Translations under genes and position numbers: made by a program
The notes under the pieces: model-generated
The model's input: only the letters and a program-made list of their open reading frames with translations
The model's database searches: none
Told to the model about the DNA's origin: nothing
Origin: an uncultured Actinomycetes bacterium
GTDB lineage: Bacteria > Actinomycetota > Thermoleophilia > UBA2241
NCBI GenBank assembly: GCA_963709345.1
Contig: CAVPVX010000004.1
Location: 96,001-160,000 of the forward strand
DNA length: 64,000 nt
Direction of reading: 5' to 3'
Part shown: positions 38,872 through 48,588 of the stretch, piece by piece
Position numbering within the stretch: the first letter of the stretch is position 1
How the letters are laid out: the number at the start of each line of letters is the position of its first letter

Positions 38872-40274
38872 TCGTCGAGCGGGTGCGTCATGTCTTCGGG
38901 GCGGACCCAGGCGTCGAACTGCTCGGCGGTGACGAAGCCGAGAACGACGGCGGCTTCCTTGAGGGCGAGCCCCTCGTGATGCGCCGTCTGGGCGACGCGC
39001 GCCGCCTTCTCGTAGCCGATGTGCGGCGTGAGCGCCGTCACCAGCATCAAGGATGCGTCGAGGTGGCGGCGGATCACGGCAAGGTCGGGCTCGAGCCCTT
39101 GCGCGCAGAAGCGGTCGAAGGCTCCGGCGGCCTCCGCCAGCAGCTGGGTGGATTCAAGCAGGCCGTGCAGCATGACCGGCTTGTACACGTTGAGCTGGAA
39201 GTTGCCCTGCGTACCCGCGAACGCTACCGCAGCGTCGTTGCCGAACACACGCACGGCGACCTGCGTCAGCGCCTCGGCCTGCGTCGGGTTGACCTTGCCG
39301 GGCATGATCGACGAGCCGGGCTCGTTCTCGGGGATGCGCAGCTCGCCGATGCCGTCGCGCGGTCCGGAGGCGTACCAGCGCACGTCGTTGGCGAGCTTCA
39401 TGAGCGCGCCGGCCAGCGTGCGGAGCGCCGCACTCGCGTTCACGACCGCGTCGTGCGCCGAGAGCGCGGCGAAGAAGTTCGCCGCGGGGTGGAAGGGCTT
39501 GCCGGTGAGCTCACCGATGTACCGGGCCGCGGTCTCCGCGAAGCGCGGGTCGGTGTTGAGCCCCGTGCCGACGGCGGTGCCGCCGAGCGCGAGCTCGTGG
39601 AGCCCGGGCAGTGTGCGGCGGACGGTGGCCAAGGCTTGGTCGAGCTGCGCCGTCCAGCCGGAGACGACCTGGCCGAGGGTGATCGGCGTGGCGTCCTGGA
39701 GGTGGGTGCGACCGACCATGACGATGCCGGCGAACGCATCGGCCTTCGCCTGCAGTGTGTCGCGAAGCCCCGCGATCGCGGGGATCAGCGAGTCCTCGAG
39801 CTCGACGGCGGCGGCGATGTGCATCACCGCCGGGAAGGTGTCGTTGCTGGATTGCCCCAGGTTCACGTGGTCGTTGGGGTGAACGGGCGTCCCGGCGCCG
39901 CGCCCGGTCCCGGCCAGCTCGTCGGCGCGGTTCGCGATCACCTCGTTGGCGTTCATGTTGCTCTGCGTGCCGCTGCCGGTCTGGAAGACGACGAGCGGGA
40001 ACTCAGCGTCGAGGGCGCCGTCCATGACTTCGGTGGCGGCGCGCGCGATGAGCTCGGCCTCGGCCTGCGTCAGCCGGCCGAGCTCCTCGTTGGCCCGCGC
40101 CGCGGCCAGCTTGAGTACGCCGAGCGCGCGAATCACCGGCCGACCCCAGCGAAAGGTCTCCACGCCGATGGGGAAGTGCTCCAGCGAGCGCTGCGTCTGC
40201 GCCCCCCAGTAGCGATCCGCCGGCACGCGCACCTCGCCCATGCTGTCGTGTTCTGTGCGCCACTCGCTGCCCAT
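38868..40274 (-). CDS. fumC: Class II fumarate hydratase
   Basis: [35 protein letters not shown]. Confidence 0.97.
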   Translation of the reverse strand: MGSEWRTEHDSMGEVRVPADRYWGAQTQRSLEHFPIGVETFRWGRPVIRALGVLKLAAARANEELGRLTQAEAELIARAATEVMDGALDAEFPLVVFQTGSGTQSNMNANEVIANRADELAGTGRGAGTPVHPNDHVNLGQSSNDTFPAVMHIAAAVELEDSLIPAIAGLRDTLQAKADAFAGIVMVGRTHLQDATPITLGQVVSGWTAQLDQALATVRRTLPGLHELALGGTAVGTGLNTDPRFAETAARYIGELTGKPFHPAANFFAALSAHDAVVNASAALRTLAGALMKLANDVRWYASGPRDGIGELRIPENEPGSSIMPGKVNPTQAEALTQVAVRVFGNDAAVAFAGTQGNFQLNVYKPVMLHGLLESTQLLAEAAGAFDRFCAQGLEPDLAVIRRHLDASLMLVTALTPHIGYEKAARVAQTAHHEGLALKEAAVVLGFVTAEQFDAWVRPEDMTHPLDE

Positions 40275-40378
40275 GCGTGTAACACTACCCCGTTCGTGAC
40301 GAAAGGCACGCGCCGGAGCCGGCAGCCTCCCGTCGCGACTCTGGTGGTCGGCGCGCAGTTCGGGTAGCGTGGGAGGCG

Positions 40379-40762
40379 ATGAGCAGCTTCACGAGAGCGT
40401 TCAACAGGCTCGGCGGCTACGACAGCCTGGCGGAGCGGTTCCCCGGGGGCCCCGAGCCGCAGGGGCCTCGCTGGGAGCGAAGCTCCGTCGAGTTCGGTAG
40501 CTCGATGCGCTACGACTGGTGCGTCACCGTCGTCGTGGCCCGGGACGGTCTCTGGCTGCAGGCGCGGCCGCCGGCGCAGGGCACGCAGGCGGCGATCCTC
40601 GTGCCGTGGGCCGAGATCCGCGACGTGCGGCCGGTCCGGCTCTACTGGCGCCGGGCCGTGCGCCTCATCTGTGGCGACGGGGCCGGCACGATCACCGTGT
40701 GGCGGCCGGTCTGGGATGCCGCCAGGCCTCTGCGGGAGGCCGCGTGGCGCACGGGTCACTAG
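40379..40762 (+). CDS. Hypothetical protein
   Basis: GGGAGG RBS; PH-like composition (ILVPWAEI). Confidence 0.6.
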   Translation: MSSFTRAFNRLGGYDSLAERFPGGPEPQGPRWERSSVEFGSSMRYDWCVTVVVARDGLWLQARPPAQGTQAAILVPWAEIRDVRPVRLYWRRAVRLICGDGAGTITVWRPVWDAARPLREAAWRTGH

Positions 40763-41820
40763 GCTCGGGGCCTGCGTCTCCCACGCACCGCCGCCGCAGC
40801 CTGCTCAAGAACCTGGCGTTCCTCGTGCTCACCGGCATCGGGCTGTACGTCGTGTGGCCGAGTCTCATGGACGTCTTCACGTCGTGGCCGCGGCTGGCGG
40901 TGATCGAGCCCCAATGGTACGCGGGCATGGCGGCAGCCGTCATCGGCAGCATCGCCTGCGTCTGGGTCCTCTATCGGATCGTGCTGCGCACCGGCGCCTG
41001 GTTCGCGATCATCACGTCGCAACTCGCCGGCAGCGCCTTCGGGCGCATCGTCCCCGGCGGCGCCGCGTCGGCCGGGGCGTTCCAGTATCAGATGCTGGCG
41101 CGCGCTGGGATCCGCGGTGGACGGGTGGCCACGGGGGTCACGGTCGTCAGCATCATCAGCGCGGGTACCATCCTCGCGCTGCCCCTCTTCGCCCTGCCGG
41201 TGCTGCTCGGCAGCATGGACGGCGGGAGGTCGTTCATCCGGTTGGCTCTGTTCGGCCTCAGTCTGCTCACCGTCGTCGTCGTGTTCTCGGCCCTGGTCCT
41301 GGCCTTCGATCGCCCGCTCATCTTGGCGGGCAGGACGCTGGACCGGATCAGCGATCTCGTGCGGCGCAAGCGGCCTCGCGAGACCGACTACGCCGCGCGT
41401 CTCCTGAACGAGCGCGACGTGGTGCGGGCGATCCTCGGGGAGAGCTGGTGGAAGGCGTCGGTCGCGGCGCTCGGGCAGCGCGGCCTCGACTTCGCGGCGC
41501 TGATCATGGCGCTGTATGCGTCGGGCGCCCGGGTCTCGCCTCTGCTCGTGCTGCTCGCCTACGCCGTGGCGCAGCTCCTGACGATCGTCCCCGTCACGCC
41601 CGGCGGGCTGGGGTTCGTGGAAGTGGGGCTCGTCGGTGCGCTGGGGCTGGCCGGCGTCGAGGTGGGTCCGGCGCTGTTGGCGACGCTGGCCTACCGGCTG
41701 CTGTCGTTCTGGCTGCCGCTGCCGGCCGGCCTCGTCGCGTACGCGCTCTTCGTGCGTCGCTACGGGAGCGGGAACGGCGCCGTCGGCGCCGGCATTGCCG
41801 GCGCGTCTGCTCCTGACTGA
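40744..41820 (+). CDS. Lysylphosphatidylglycerol synthase TM / flippase-like membrane protein
   Basis: VPGG, PVTPGGLGFVE, LAYRLLSFWLP; many TM helices; start approximate. Confidence 0.82.
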   Translation: MAHGSLGSGPASPTHRRRSLLKNLAFLVLTGIGLYVVWPSLMDVFTSWPRLAVIEPQWYAGMAAAVIGSIACVWVLYRIVLRTGAWFAIITSQLAGSAFGRIVPGGAASAGAFQYQMLARAGIRGGRVATGVTVVSIISAGTILALPLFALPVLLGSMDGGRSFIRLALFGLSLLTVVVVFSALVLAFDRPLILAGRTLDRISDLVRRKRPRETDYAARLLNERDVVRAILGESWWKASVAALGQRGLDFAALIMALYASGARVSPLLVLLAYAVAQLLTIVPVTPGGLGFVEVGLVGALGLAGVEVGPALLATLAYRLLSFWLPLPAGLVAYALFVRRYGSGNGAVGAGIAGASAPD

Positions 41821-41865
41821 CCAGAGTCAAGGCTGCCGGCTCTGGCTGCGGGGTAGCATCGGGGC

Positions 41866-42309
41866 ATGGACGACGCACAGGGAGGACGCACCACATCGGC
41901 CGGGGCGGCCGGGACCACCGGGACGGCTGCCGCCCGGCCTCCGCGGCGCCTGGCGCGTGAGGAGAAGACGATCGCGGCGATGATCGCCCTCTTCTGCCGC
42001 GACCACCACGCCGGCGCCGGCCGAGCCGGAAGCGACGACGTGGCCGAGGTCGCAAGTCCCGGCGCGTACGGCCTGTGCGACGAGTGCGCCGAGCTCCTCG
42101 CGTATGCGCGCCGGCGACTCGAGAAGTGCCGGTACGTCGCCGCGAAGCCGACCTGCGCCCGGTGTGCCACGCACTGCTACACGGCGGCGATGCGGGAGAG
42201 AGTGCGCGACGTCATGCGCTACAGCGGGCCGAGGATGCTGAAGCGGCACCCGGTGCTTGCCTTGGCACATCTGGTCGACGGGCGCTCGACCCCGGACGAC
42301 GGGGGCTGA
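41866..42309 (+). CDS. YgbA-family (nitrous oxide-stimulated promoter family) Cys-rich protein
   Basis: EEKTIAAMIALFC..HH, LCDEC, KPTCARCATHCY, VMRYSGPRML..HP. Confidence 0.88.
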   Translation: MDDAQGGRTTSAGAAGTTGTAAARPPRRLAREEKTIAAMIALFCRDHHAGAGRAGSDDVAEVASPGAYGLCDECAELLAYARRRLEKCRYVAAKPTCARCATHCYTAAMRERVRDVMRYSGPRMLKRHPVLALAHLVDGRSTPDDGG

Positions 42310-42354
42310 GACGCGGCCGGCGCCCGAGTCGCCTCCCCCCGCTCTGCCCGCGCC

Positions 42355-43815
42355 TCAGAGTACGTTCGAGAAGAGCCGCGCCGACTGGTTGCGGAACCGC
42401 TTGAGGCGGCCCACCGTGAGCACATCGTCGAGCGTCACCTCGCGGCAGCGCGTCACGTCGTCGGTGAACGCATCCGCCACTTGGAGCGCGAAGTCCTTGT
42501 CGAAGACCCAGCACATGAGCTCCTTGTGCAGCTTGAGACTGCGCTGGTCCATGTTCATGGTGCCCACGGCGCTCACCACGTGGTCGACGACGATGGTCTT
42601 GGCGTGGAAGAAGCCGGCCTCGTAGAGGAACACCCGCCCCCCGGCCTCGATCAGCTTCCTGTAGTAGGTCTGCGCCGCCCACAGGGCGATGGGCTTGTCG
42701 GGTATGCCGGTCATCATGAAGCGTACGTCGACGCCGCTGAGCGCCGCGTTGATCATGACGTCGTAGATGCTGTAGTCGGGGACGAAGTACGGCGACTGGA
42801 TCCACACCGACTCTTCGGCCTGGCCGATCGCGACCATGTGCGCGCGCCGCGCCGCGCTCCAGGGGTCCTCGACCCCCTGCGCGGCGAACCCGACCAGCGT
42901 CCCCGTCTCGACCGCTGTGGGGTCGGGCGCCGGCATGTACTGCTTGGCGAACAGGTTCTCGTGGTCCTTCTTGTGCTCGAACCAGCGCGAGGCGTACAAC
43001 TTCTCCAGGCCCGCTACGGCCTGGCCGGTCATGCGCATGTGGGTGTCGCGCCAGGTGGCGAAGCGCTCGCCGCCGTCGATGTACTCCTGGCCGACGTTCA
43101 TGCCGCCCGTGTAGCCGATCTCGCCGTCGATGACGACGATCTTGCGGTGGTTGCGGTAGTTGATGCGCAGGAGGTCGGTGACGTCGGCGCGAACGTCGGC
43201 GCCGGCCTTCGCGAGCTGCTTGAGCTCGCGCTTCTTGAAGCTGATGCAGCCTATCCAGTCGTACATGATGCGTACCTCGACGCCGGCGGCGAGGCGGTCG
43301 AGCAGGATCGGGACGATCTCCGCGGAGAGACGATCCTGCTCCCAGATGAAGTACTGCAGGTGGATGAAGCGCTGCGCGCCGGCGAGATCCTCCTTGAGCC
43401 GCCGGAACTTGCTGGCGCCGTTGTTGAAGAGCTCGAGCGAGGACGCCGGCAGTACTCTGGAGACGTTCTCGGCGGAGATGGCACGCATGATGGGCTCGGC
43501 GATGGCGTCGCCCCACTCCTCGTAGAACCGTGCTGTGGCGCCGGCGTTGCGCTTGTAGATCGGCGCCATCTCCTCCTCCTCGACCCGCGCCAGCGTCTGG
43601 ATCCAGCCCTTGCGCCGCGCCACGACCTTCCAGTCGCGGCCGAAGAAGATGTAGAAGAACACGCCGATGAACGGCACGAAGACGAGGATGAACAGCCAGG
43701 CGATCGTGATCGCGGGCTCGCGGTCGTCCATGATCAGCAGGACGATCGTGACGGCCCAGTAGATCATGAAGACGAGCTCAAGCCAGCCGGGCAGGAGATT
43801 CATGAAGTCGAACAT
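42355..43815 (-). CDS. cls: Cardiolipin synthase
   Basis: Two N-terminal TM helices and two HKD motifs (NHRKIVVIDG, FHAKTIVVD). Confidence 0.93.
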   Translation of the reverse strand: MFDFMNLLPGWLELVFMIYWAVTIVLLIMDDREPAITIAWLFILVFVPFIGVFFYIFFGRDWKVVARRKGWIQTLARVEEEEMAPIYKRNAGATARFYEEWGDAIAEPIMRAISAENVSRVLPASSLELFNNGASKFRRLKEDLAGAQRFIHLQYFIWEQDRLSAEIVPILLDRLAAGVEVRIMYDWIGCISFKKRELKQLAKAGADVRADVTDLLRINYRNHRKIVVIDGEIGYTGGMNVGQEYIDGGERFATWRDTHMRMTGQAVAGLEKLYASRWFEHKKDHENLFAKQYMPAPDPTAVETGTLVGFAAQGVEDPWSAARRAHMVAIGQAEESVWIQSPYFVPDYSIYDVMINAALSGVDVRFMMTGIPDKPIALWAAQTYYRKLIEAGGRVFLYEAGFFHAKTIVVDHVVSAVGTMNMDQRSLKLHKELMCWVFDKDFALQVADAFTDDVTRCREVTLDDVLTVGRLKRFRNQSARLFSNVL

Positions 43816-43889
43816 GAGCGCACGCTATCCGATGCCGGGGGATCTGTCACATGGCGAGGCCGGCCCGGCGTTCGTGGGGGCGTGCGGCA

Positions 43890-44744
43890 TCATGGGCGCC
43901 CGCGCGAGCCCTTCTGCCGGAACGCGCCGGCGAGCGCCCCGCGATCGAACATGCCGGTCTCGCCGTCCACGGCGTACTCGTAGACGGCGGCGGAGTAGAT
44001 ACCGTGAAGGGTGGCGCCCAGCAGACTGAGGACCAGGATGGCGATGACGGCCGCGGCGATGACGACGATGCCCAGCGCCATGACCCCGGCGCTCATCGCC
44101 AGTACGCCGAGTCCGATGCCGACGACCGCCACCGCGAGACCGACAAGACCGAACACGAGACCGATGCCGGCGCTGCCGATGATCTGTTCGCCCCATGTCT
44201 TCTTGAGCAGCGACGCGCTGCGCTTGATGGCGGCGATCGGGCCTACACCTTCGACGACGAGCACCGGGATCACGAGGAAGGTGATGACGTTCCAGGCCAT
44301 GCCTCCCAGCGCCGCGACGATGGCCCCGGCGACGCCGGCCCGTTCGCGCAGGAGTTGCAGCACGAGTCCCACGGTCGCGGAGATCGCCGCGTAGCCGAGG
44401 ATCGCCCCGATGTGGCTCCACGCGCCGCGCAGGCCGTCACCGAGGGTCGGGTCGCCGCCCTGGAGCCTGACGATGGCGGCGCTCACGAGCGCCGCGTTGA
44501 AGAAGACGATGATCAGGTACTGGACGAGGTAGAACACGACGATGAGCGCCCACAGACCCACGCCGGCGCCGTTCTCGGTGACATCCGACCAGAAGCCGGT
44601 GAAGAAGCCGGGGATCACGAACGAGGCTGTGGCGACCAGCACGCCGATGGTCGAGATGATCGGGAAGACGACCAGCTCCTTGTCTTGCCGGAGAACGCCC
44701 CAGCAGAGCTTGACGAGCCCCCAGCTTCTTGCGAACCGACCCAT
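43890..44744 (-). CDS. Conserved membrane protein (DUF6159-like)
   Basis: MGRFARSWGL..LRQDKELVVFP, FFNAALV, AIKRSASLLKKTWGE. Confidence 0.7.
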   Translation of the reverse strand: MGRFARSWGLVKLCWGVLRQDKELVVFPIISTIGVLVATASFVIPGFFTGFWSDVTENGAGVGLWALIVVFYLVQYLIIVFFNAALVSAAIVRLQGGDPTLGDGLRGAWSHIGAILGYAAISATVGLVLQLLRERAGVAGAIVAALGGMAWNVITFLVIPVLVVEGVGPIAAIKRSASLLKKTWGEQIIGSAGIGLVFGLVGLAVAVVGIGLGVLAMSAGVMALGIVVIAAAVIAILVLSLLGATLHGIYSAAVYEYAVDGETGMFDRGALAGAFRQKGSRGRP

Positions 44745-44945
44745 GCGCGCTCCTCTGTTGTGGAGATGTCCCGTGCTTGGACTGCTTCCTCCCCGCACGT
44801 ATCGGTCCTTCGCGGCGGCGACTGAAGCTGCACCGGGCGACGGAGTGTTGTGCGGAAGCCGCCGAGAGGGTACAAGTGCGGCGACGACAAGCGGATGGCC
44901 GGGTCACCTGCGGCGGCCGGCCCCGCCGGACGGAGGGGGAAGACC

Positions 44946-45446
44946 ATGGAGCGAGATCCCGTGCATCTGTACGTGGGGATCTACGAGACCGTCGCCGGTG
45001 CGGAGCGCGACTTCGACGGTCTCAAGAAGCTGTACGCGGAAGGACTGGCGGGCACCTACGACGCCGCCGTCGTGACCAGGGACGCCGAGGGGACGCCGCG
45101 GATCGACAAGAAGCAGCACTCCGGGCACCCCGTGTGGTTCGGCGCCGGCGTCGGGGCCGTCGTCGGCGTGGTCTTCCCACTGGCCCTGGTCCCGCTCGCG
45201 CTCCTCGGGGCGGGTACCGGGGCGCTCGTGCAGCACGCCCGTGACGGGCTGCCGAAGAAGGACGCCGAGGAGCTCGCCGAGGCGCTGGCCAGCGGCGAGG
45301 CGGCTCTCGCGGTCGTCAGCGACGTGACCATGGAGGAGCGCGTCGAGCAGGTCTTCCCCGGCGCCACGCGGCGGGTCATGAAGGTGCTCGACGTCGACAA
45401 GGACGACTTTGCGGCGGCTCTGCGTCAAGCCAGGGAAGAGGGCTGA
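44946..45446 (+). CDS. DUF1269-like protein
   Basis: YDAAVV, Gly-rich hydrophobic hairpin GAGVGAVVG..GAGTGA. Confidence 0.65.
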   Translation: MERDPVHLYVGIYETVAGAERDFDGLKKLYAEGLAGTYDAAVVTRDAEGTPRIDKKQHSGHPVWFGAGVGAVVGVVFPLALVPLALLGAGTGALVQHARDGLPKKDAEELAEALASGEAALAVVSDVTMEERVEQVFPGATRRVMKVLDVDKDDFAAALRQAREEG

Positions 45447-45526
45447 GCCGGCTCTGCGAGAACGGAGCGCATCCGGCCGTTGCGGGTAGGGTGTGCCGGA
45501 AGGTCCAAACGACAGGAGGTCATTCC

Positions 45527-46912
45527 TTGGCGCTTCAGCACCCGAAAGGCCCGCAGCCGGGGCACGCGCGGGGCGCCGGCGACGGCGTCTTCACGAACGA
45601 GGTGGGGCGCGTCCCCCGCTTCGAGCTGCCGGCTCACGAGACCCGGCCCGATGTCGCCTACCAGATCGTCCACGACGAGCTGATGCTCGACGGCAACGCG
45701 CGCCTCAACCTCGCGACCTTCGTCACGACGTACATGGACCCCTTCGCCGACAAGCTCATGTCGGAGACCTTCGACAAGAACATGATCGACAAGGACGAGT
45801 ACCCGCAGACGGCGGCCATCGAGATGCGCTGTGTGAACATGCTGAGCCGGCTCTACCACGCCGAGGAGCCGCACAGGGCCACCGGCTGTTCGACGACAGG
45901 GTCGAGCGAGGCGGCGATGCTCGGTGGGCTCGCCCTCAAGCGCCGCTGGCAGAAGCGGCGCAAGGCCGAGGGCAAGCCGTTCGACGCGCCCAACCTTGTC
46001 ACCGGCATCAACGTCCAGGTGTGCTGGGACAAGTTCGCCAACTACTGGGACGTGGAGATGCGCCTGGTGCCCATGGAGGGAGACCGCTATCACCTCTCGC
46101 CGGAAGAGGCGGTCAAGCTCTGCGACGAGAACACCATCGGCGTGGTCGTCGTCATGGGCTCCACCTTCGACGGCAGCTACGAGGACGTCAAGAAGATGTC
46201 GGAGCTGCTCGACGACCTGCAGGAGCGCACCGGACTCGACATACCCATCCACGTCGACGCCGCATCCGGCGGGTTCATCGCGCCCTTCCTCGATCCCGAC
46301 CTGGAGTGGGACTTCCGCGTGCCGCGCGTGCAGTCGATCAACGTCTCCGGCCACAAGTACGGCCTCGTGTATCCGGGCGTCGGCTGGGCGATCTGGCGCA
46401 ACGCCGACGCCCTTCCCGACGATCTCATCTTCTGGGTCAACTACCTCGGCGACGACATGCCGACCTTCGCGCTCAACTTCTCGCGGCCGGGCTCCCAGGT
46501 GGTGGCGCAGTACTACACCTTCCTGCGTCTCGGGACCGCCGGCTTCACGGGAGTCCAGGGCTACGCCCGCGAGGTCGCGACGTACCTCTCCAAGGCCATC
46601 GGGCACATGCCGCACTTCGAGCTGCTCACCAAGGGCGATGAGCTCCCGGTGTTCGCCTTCAAGCTGAGGGACGAGGTCAAGAACTTCAGCGTGTTCGACC
46701 TCTCGGCGGCGCTGCGCGAACGCGGCTGGCAGGTGCCGGCCTACACGTTTCCCAAGAACCGGGAGGATCTCGCGGCGCTGCGCATCGTCGTGCGCCGCGG
46801 CCTCACCATGGACGTGGCCGACATGCTGCTCGACGACCTCATGAAGAAGGTCGCGGCGCTCGAGAAGCTGCCGGCGCCCCTGCACACGGACGGCGCCGGC
46901 TTCCACCACTAG
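45527..46912 (+). CDS. gadB: Glutamate decarboxylase
   Basis: LDGNARLNLATF, NMIDKDEYP, HVDAASGGF, SGHKYG; TTG start after AGGAGG. Confidence 0.93.
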   Translation: MALQHPKGPQPGHARGAGDGVFTNEVGRVPRFELPAHETRPDVAYQIVHDELMLDGNARLNLATFVTTYMDPFADKLMSETFDKNMIDKDEYPQTAAIEMRCVNMLSRLYHAEEPHRATGCSTTGSSEAAMLGGLALKRRWQKRRKAEGKPFDAPNLVTGINVQVCWDKFANYWDVEMRLVPMEGDRYHLSPEEAVKLCDENTIGVVVVMGSTFDGSYEDVKKMSELLDDLQERTGLDIPIHVDAASGGFIAPFLDPDLEWDFRVPRVQSINVSGHKYGLVYPGVGWAIWRNADALPDDLIFWVNYLGDDMPTFALNFSRPGSQVVAQYYTFLRLGTAGFTGVQGYAREVATYLSKAIGHMPHFELLTKGDELPVFAFKLRDEVKNFSVFDLSAALRERGWQVPAYTFPKNREDLAALRIVVRRGLTMDVADMLLDDLMKKVAALEKLPAPLHTDGAGFHH

Positions 46913-47052
46913 GGCGGGCGCGCGGGGCGGGGCCGGGGCGGCGTGCGCCGCTCCCGGCCCGGTCGGCGGCCATTCGTACCGGCGGCTCGGCGCGTCCGGT
47001 GCGGTATCATCGTGCCTGCCCGCGTCCCTCTCGCGACAGGAGTCCGCCCTTC

Positions 47053-47385
47053 ATGTTCACCATCATGATCTTCATCGTCATCGGCATGGTCGCCGGCTGG
47101 GCGGCAAGCCTGCTCGTGCGTCACGACAAGCATCCGAGCGACTGGGGCTTCCTGTTCCTCATCGGTGTGGGTGGGTCGCTGATCGCGGGTATCGTGACGA
47201 ACCTGATCCTCGGTGACGGGTTCAGCATCCGGCCCGGCGGCGTGATCGGCTCCATCGCCGTCGCGTGCCTGCTTCTCTGGATCTACACCCGCATGCACAA
47301 CGAGGCGCACGCGCGCCGGAAGAGCGCCGCGGACGGTTCGCACCGTGAGCGCAAGGGCGGAGCGCGGCACCACACGAAGCGGTAG
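47053..47385 (+). CDS. GlsB/YeaQ/YmgE transglycosylase-associated membrane protein
   Basis: IVIGMVAGWAASLL...IGVGGSLIAG...IGSIAVACLLL. Confidence 0.75.
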   Translation: MFTIMIFIVIGMVAGWAASLLVRHDKHPSDWGFLFLIGVGGSLIAGIVTNLILGDGFSIRPGGVIGSIAVACLLLWIYTRMHNEAHARRKSAADGSHRERKGGARHHTKR

Positions 47386-47397
47386 AAGGAGGCGCCC

Positions 47398-47787
47398 GTG
47401 GGCTTCACGGATGTCATGGAGGGGGTCGCGCGAGGCTTCGAGGTCGCCGGCATCGGCGTGCTCGTGGTCGGGTTCCTGGTGGGCGTCGTGAAGTCCCTGC
47501 TCGCCTACGCGCGAGGCCAGAGCGAGGGCGTCTACGGGATGCTTCGCCGGTACTTCGGCCGCAGCATCCTGCTGGGCCTCGAGGTCCTCATCGCCGCGGA
47601 TCTCATCCGCACGGTGGCCGTCGAGCCCGAGCTGGACAACGTACTCGTCCTCGGGCTCATCATCCTCATCCGGACCTTCCTCAGTTTCTCCCTCGAGGTC
47701 GAGATCGACGGTGTCTGGCCGTGGGCACGGTGGCGAAAGGCGTCGGCACGCGCGGTGACCACGCCGGAGCCGGACGATACGCGGTGA
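47398..47787 (+). CDS. DUF1622 membrane protein
   Basis: GRSILLGLEVLIAADLIRT, IRTFLSFSLEVEI. Confidence 0.88.
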   Translation: MGFTDVMEGVARGFEVAGIGVLVVGFLVGVVKSLLAYARGQSEGVYGMLRRYFGRSILLGLEVLIAADLIRTVAVEPELDNVLVLGLIILIRTFLSFSLEVEIDGVWPWARWRKASARAVTTPEPDDTR

Positions 47788-47884
47788 CCGGCGCGTCGGC
47801 CCGGCCTTCGCGGGTCGCCGCCGATGGTTCGTCATCGTGAGTTCGGGGGAGACCCCGGACACGCGTCAGTCTCAGGAGGTCCAC

Positions 47885-48427
47885 ATGCTCTCATCCAGAA
47901 TGCGCGTCGTCGCGTCGCTCGCGGCGATCCTCGCGTTCGTCGTCGTGCTGGGGGGCTGCGGCTCCTCGAGCGAGCCGTCTCCCTCGCCCTCGCCGACGAT
48001 AGCCCCGACGGTCGTGCCGTCGGTGTCCACCGACACGCTTCGCGAGGCCGCCGCGAGCGGCGAACTCGACACCTTCGTCAAGGCGGTGACGGCGGCGGGC
48101 CTGGGCTCATCCCTCGACTCCCAGGGTCCGTTCACCGTGTTCGCGCCCAACGAGGATGCCTTCAGGAGCATCTCCCTGACGGACCTCCGGCAGAACCTGC
48201 CGCAGCTGAAGGCCATCATCCAGTATCACGTGCTTACCGATACGGATCTCAAGCTGTCGCAGGTGATCCCCGGGCAGGAGTACACGACGGCGGAGGGGCA
48301 GGCCGTGACGTTCGCTGTCGAGGATGGCACGACCACCGTGAACGGAGCGACGGTCGTGCAAGTGGTCGAGGGCGGCACGTGGACGATCTACGTGATCGAC
48401 CAGGTGCTCACGCCTCCGGTGGAGTAG
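47885..48427 (+). CDS. Fasciclin (FAS1) domain lipoprotein
   Basis: LGGC lipobox, GPFTVFAPNEDAF, YHV, IYVIDQVL. Confidence 0.88.
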   Translation: MLSSRMRVVASLAAILAFVVVLGGCGSSSEPSPSPSPTIAPTVVPSVSTDTLREAAASGELDTFVKAVTAAGLGSSLDSQGPFTVFAPNEDAFRSISLTDLRQNLPQLKAIIQYHVLTDTDLKLSQVIPGQEYTTAEGQAVTFAVEDGTTTVNGATVVQVVEGGTWTIYVIDQVLTPPVE

Positions 48428-48588
48428 CCCCCCCGCCTTCCCGCGCTGCCACCGGGATCGGACCGGAGGCCGGCGCGATCGGCGGGGGCGCACGTAGGCC
48501 TGTGGCCGAGGCTCGGCAAGCCCGGTGCGAATGCGAGCGCCGGTCGCGTCGGCGAGCGCCCGGACCTCGCGCGCGCCATACTGCTGCC

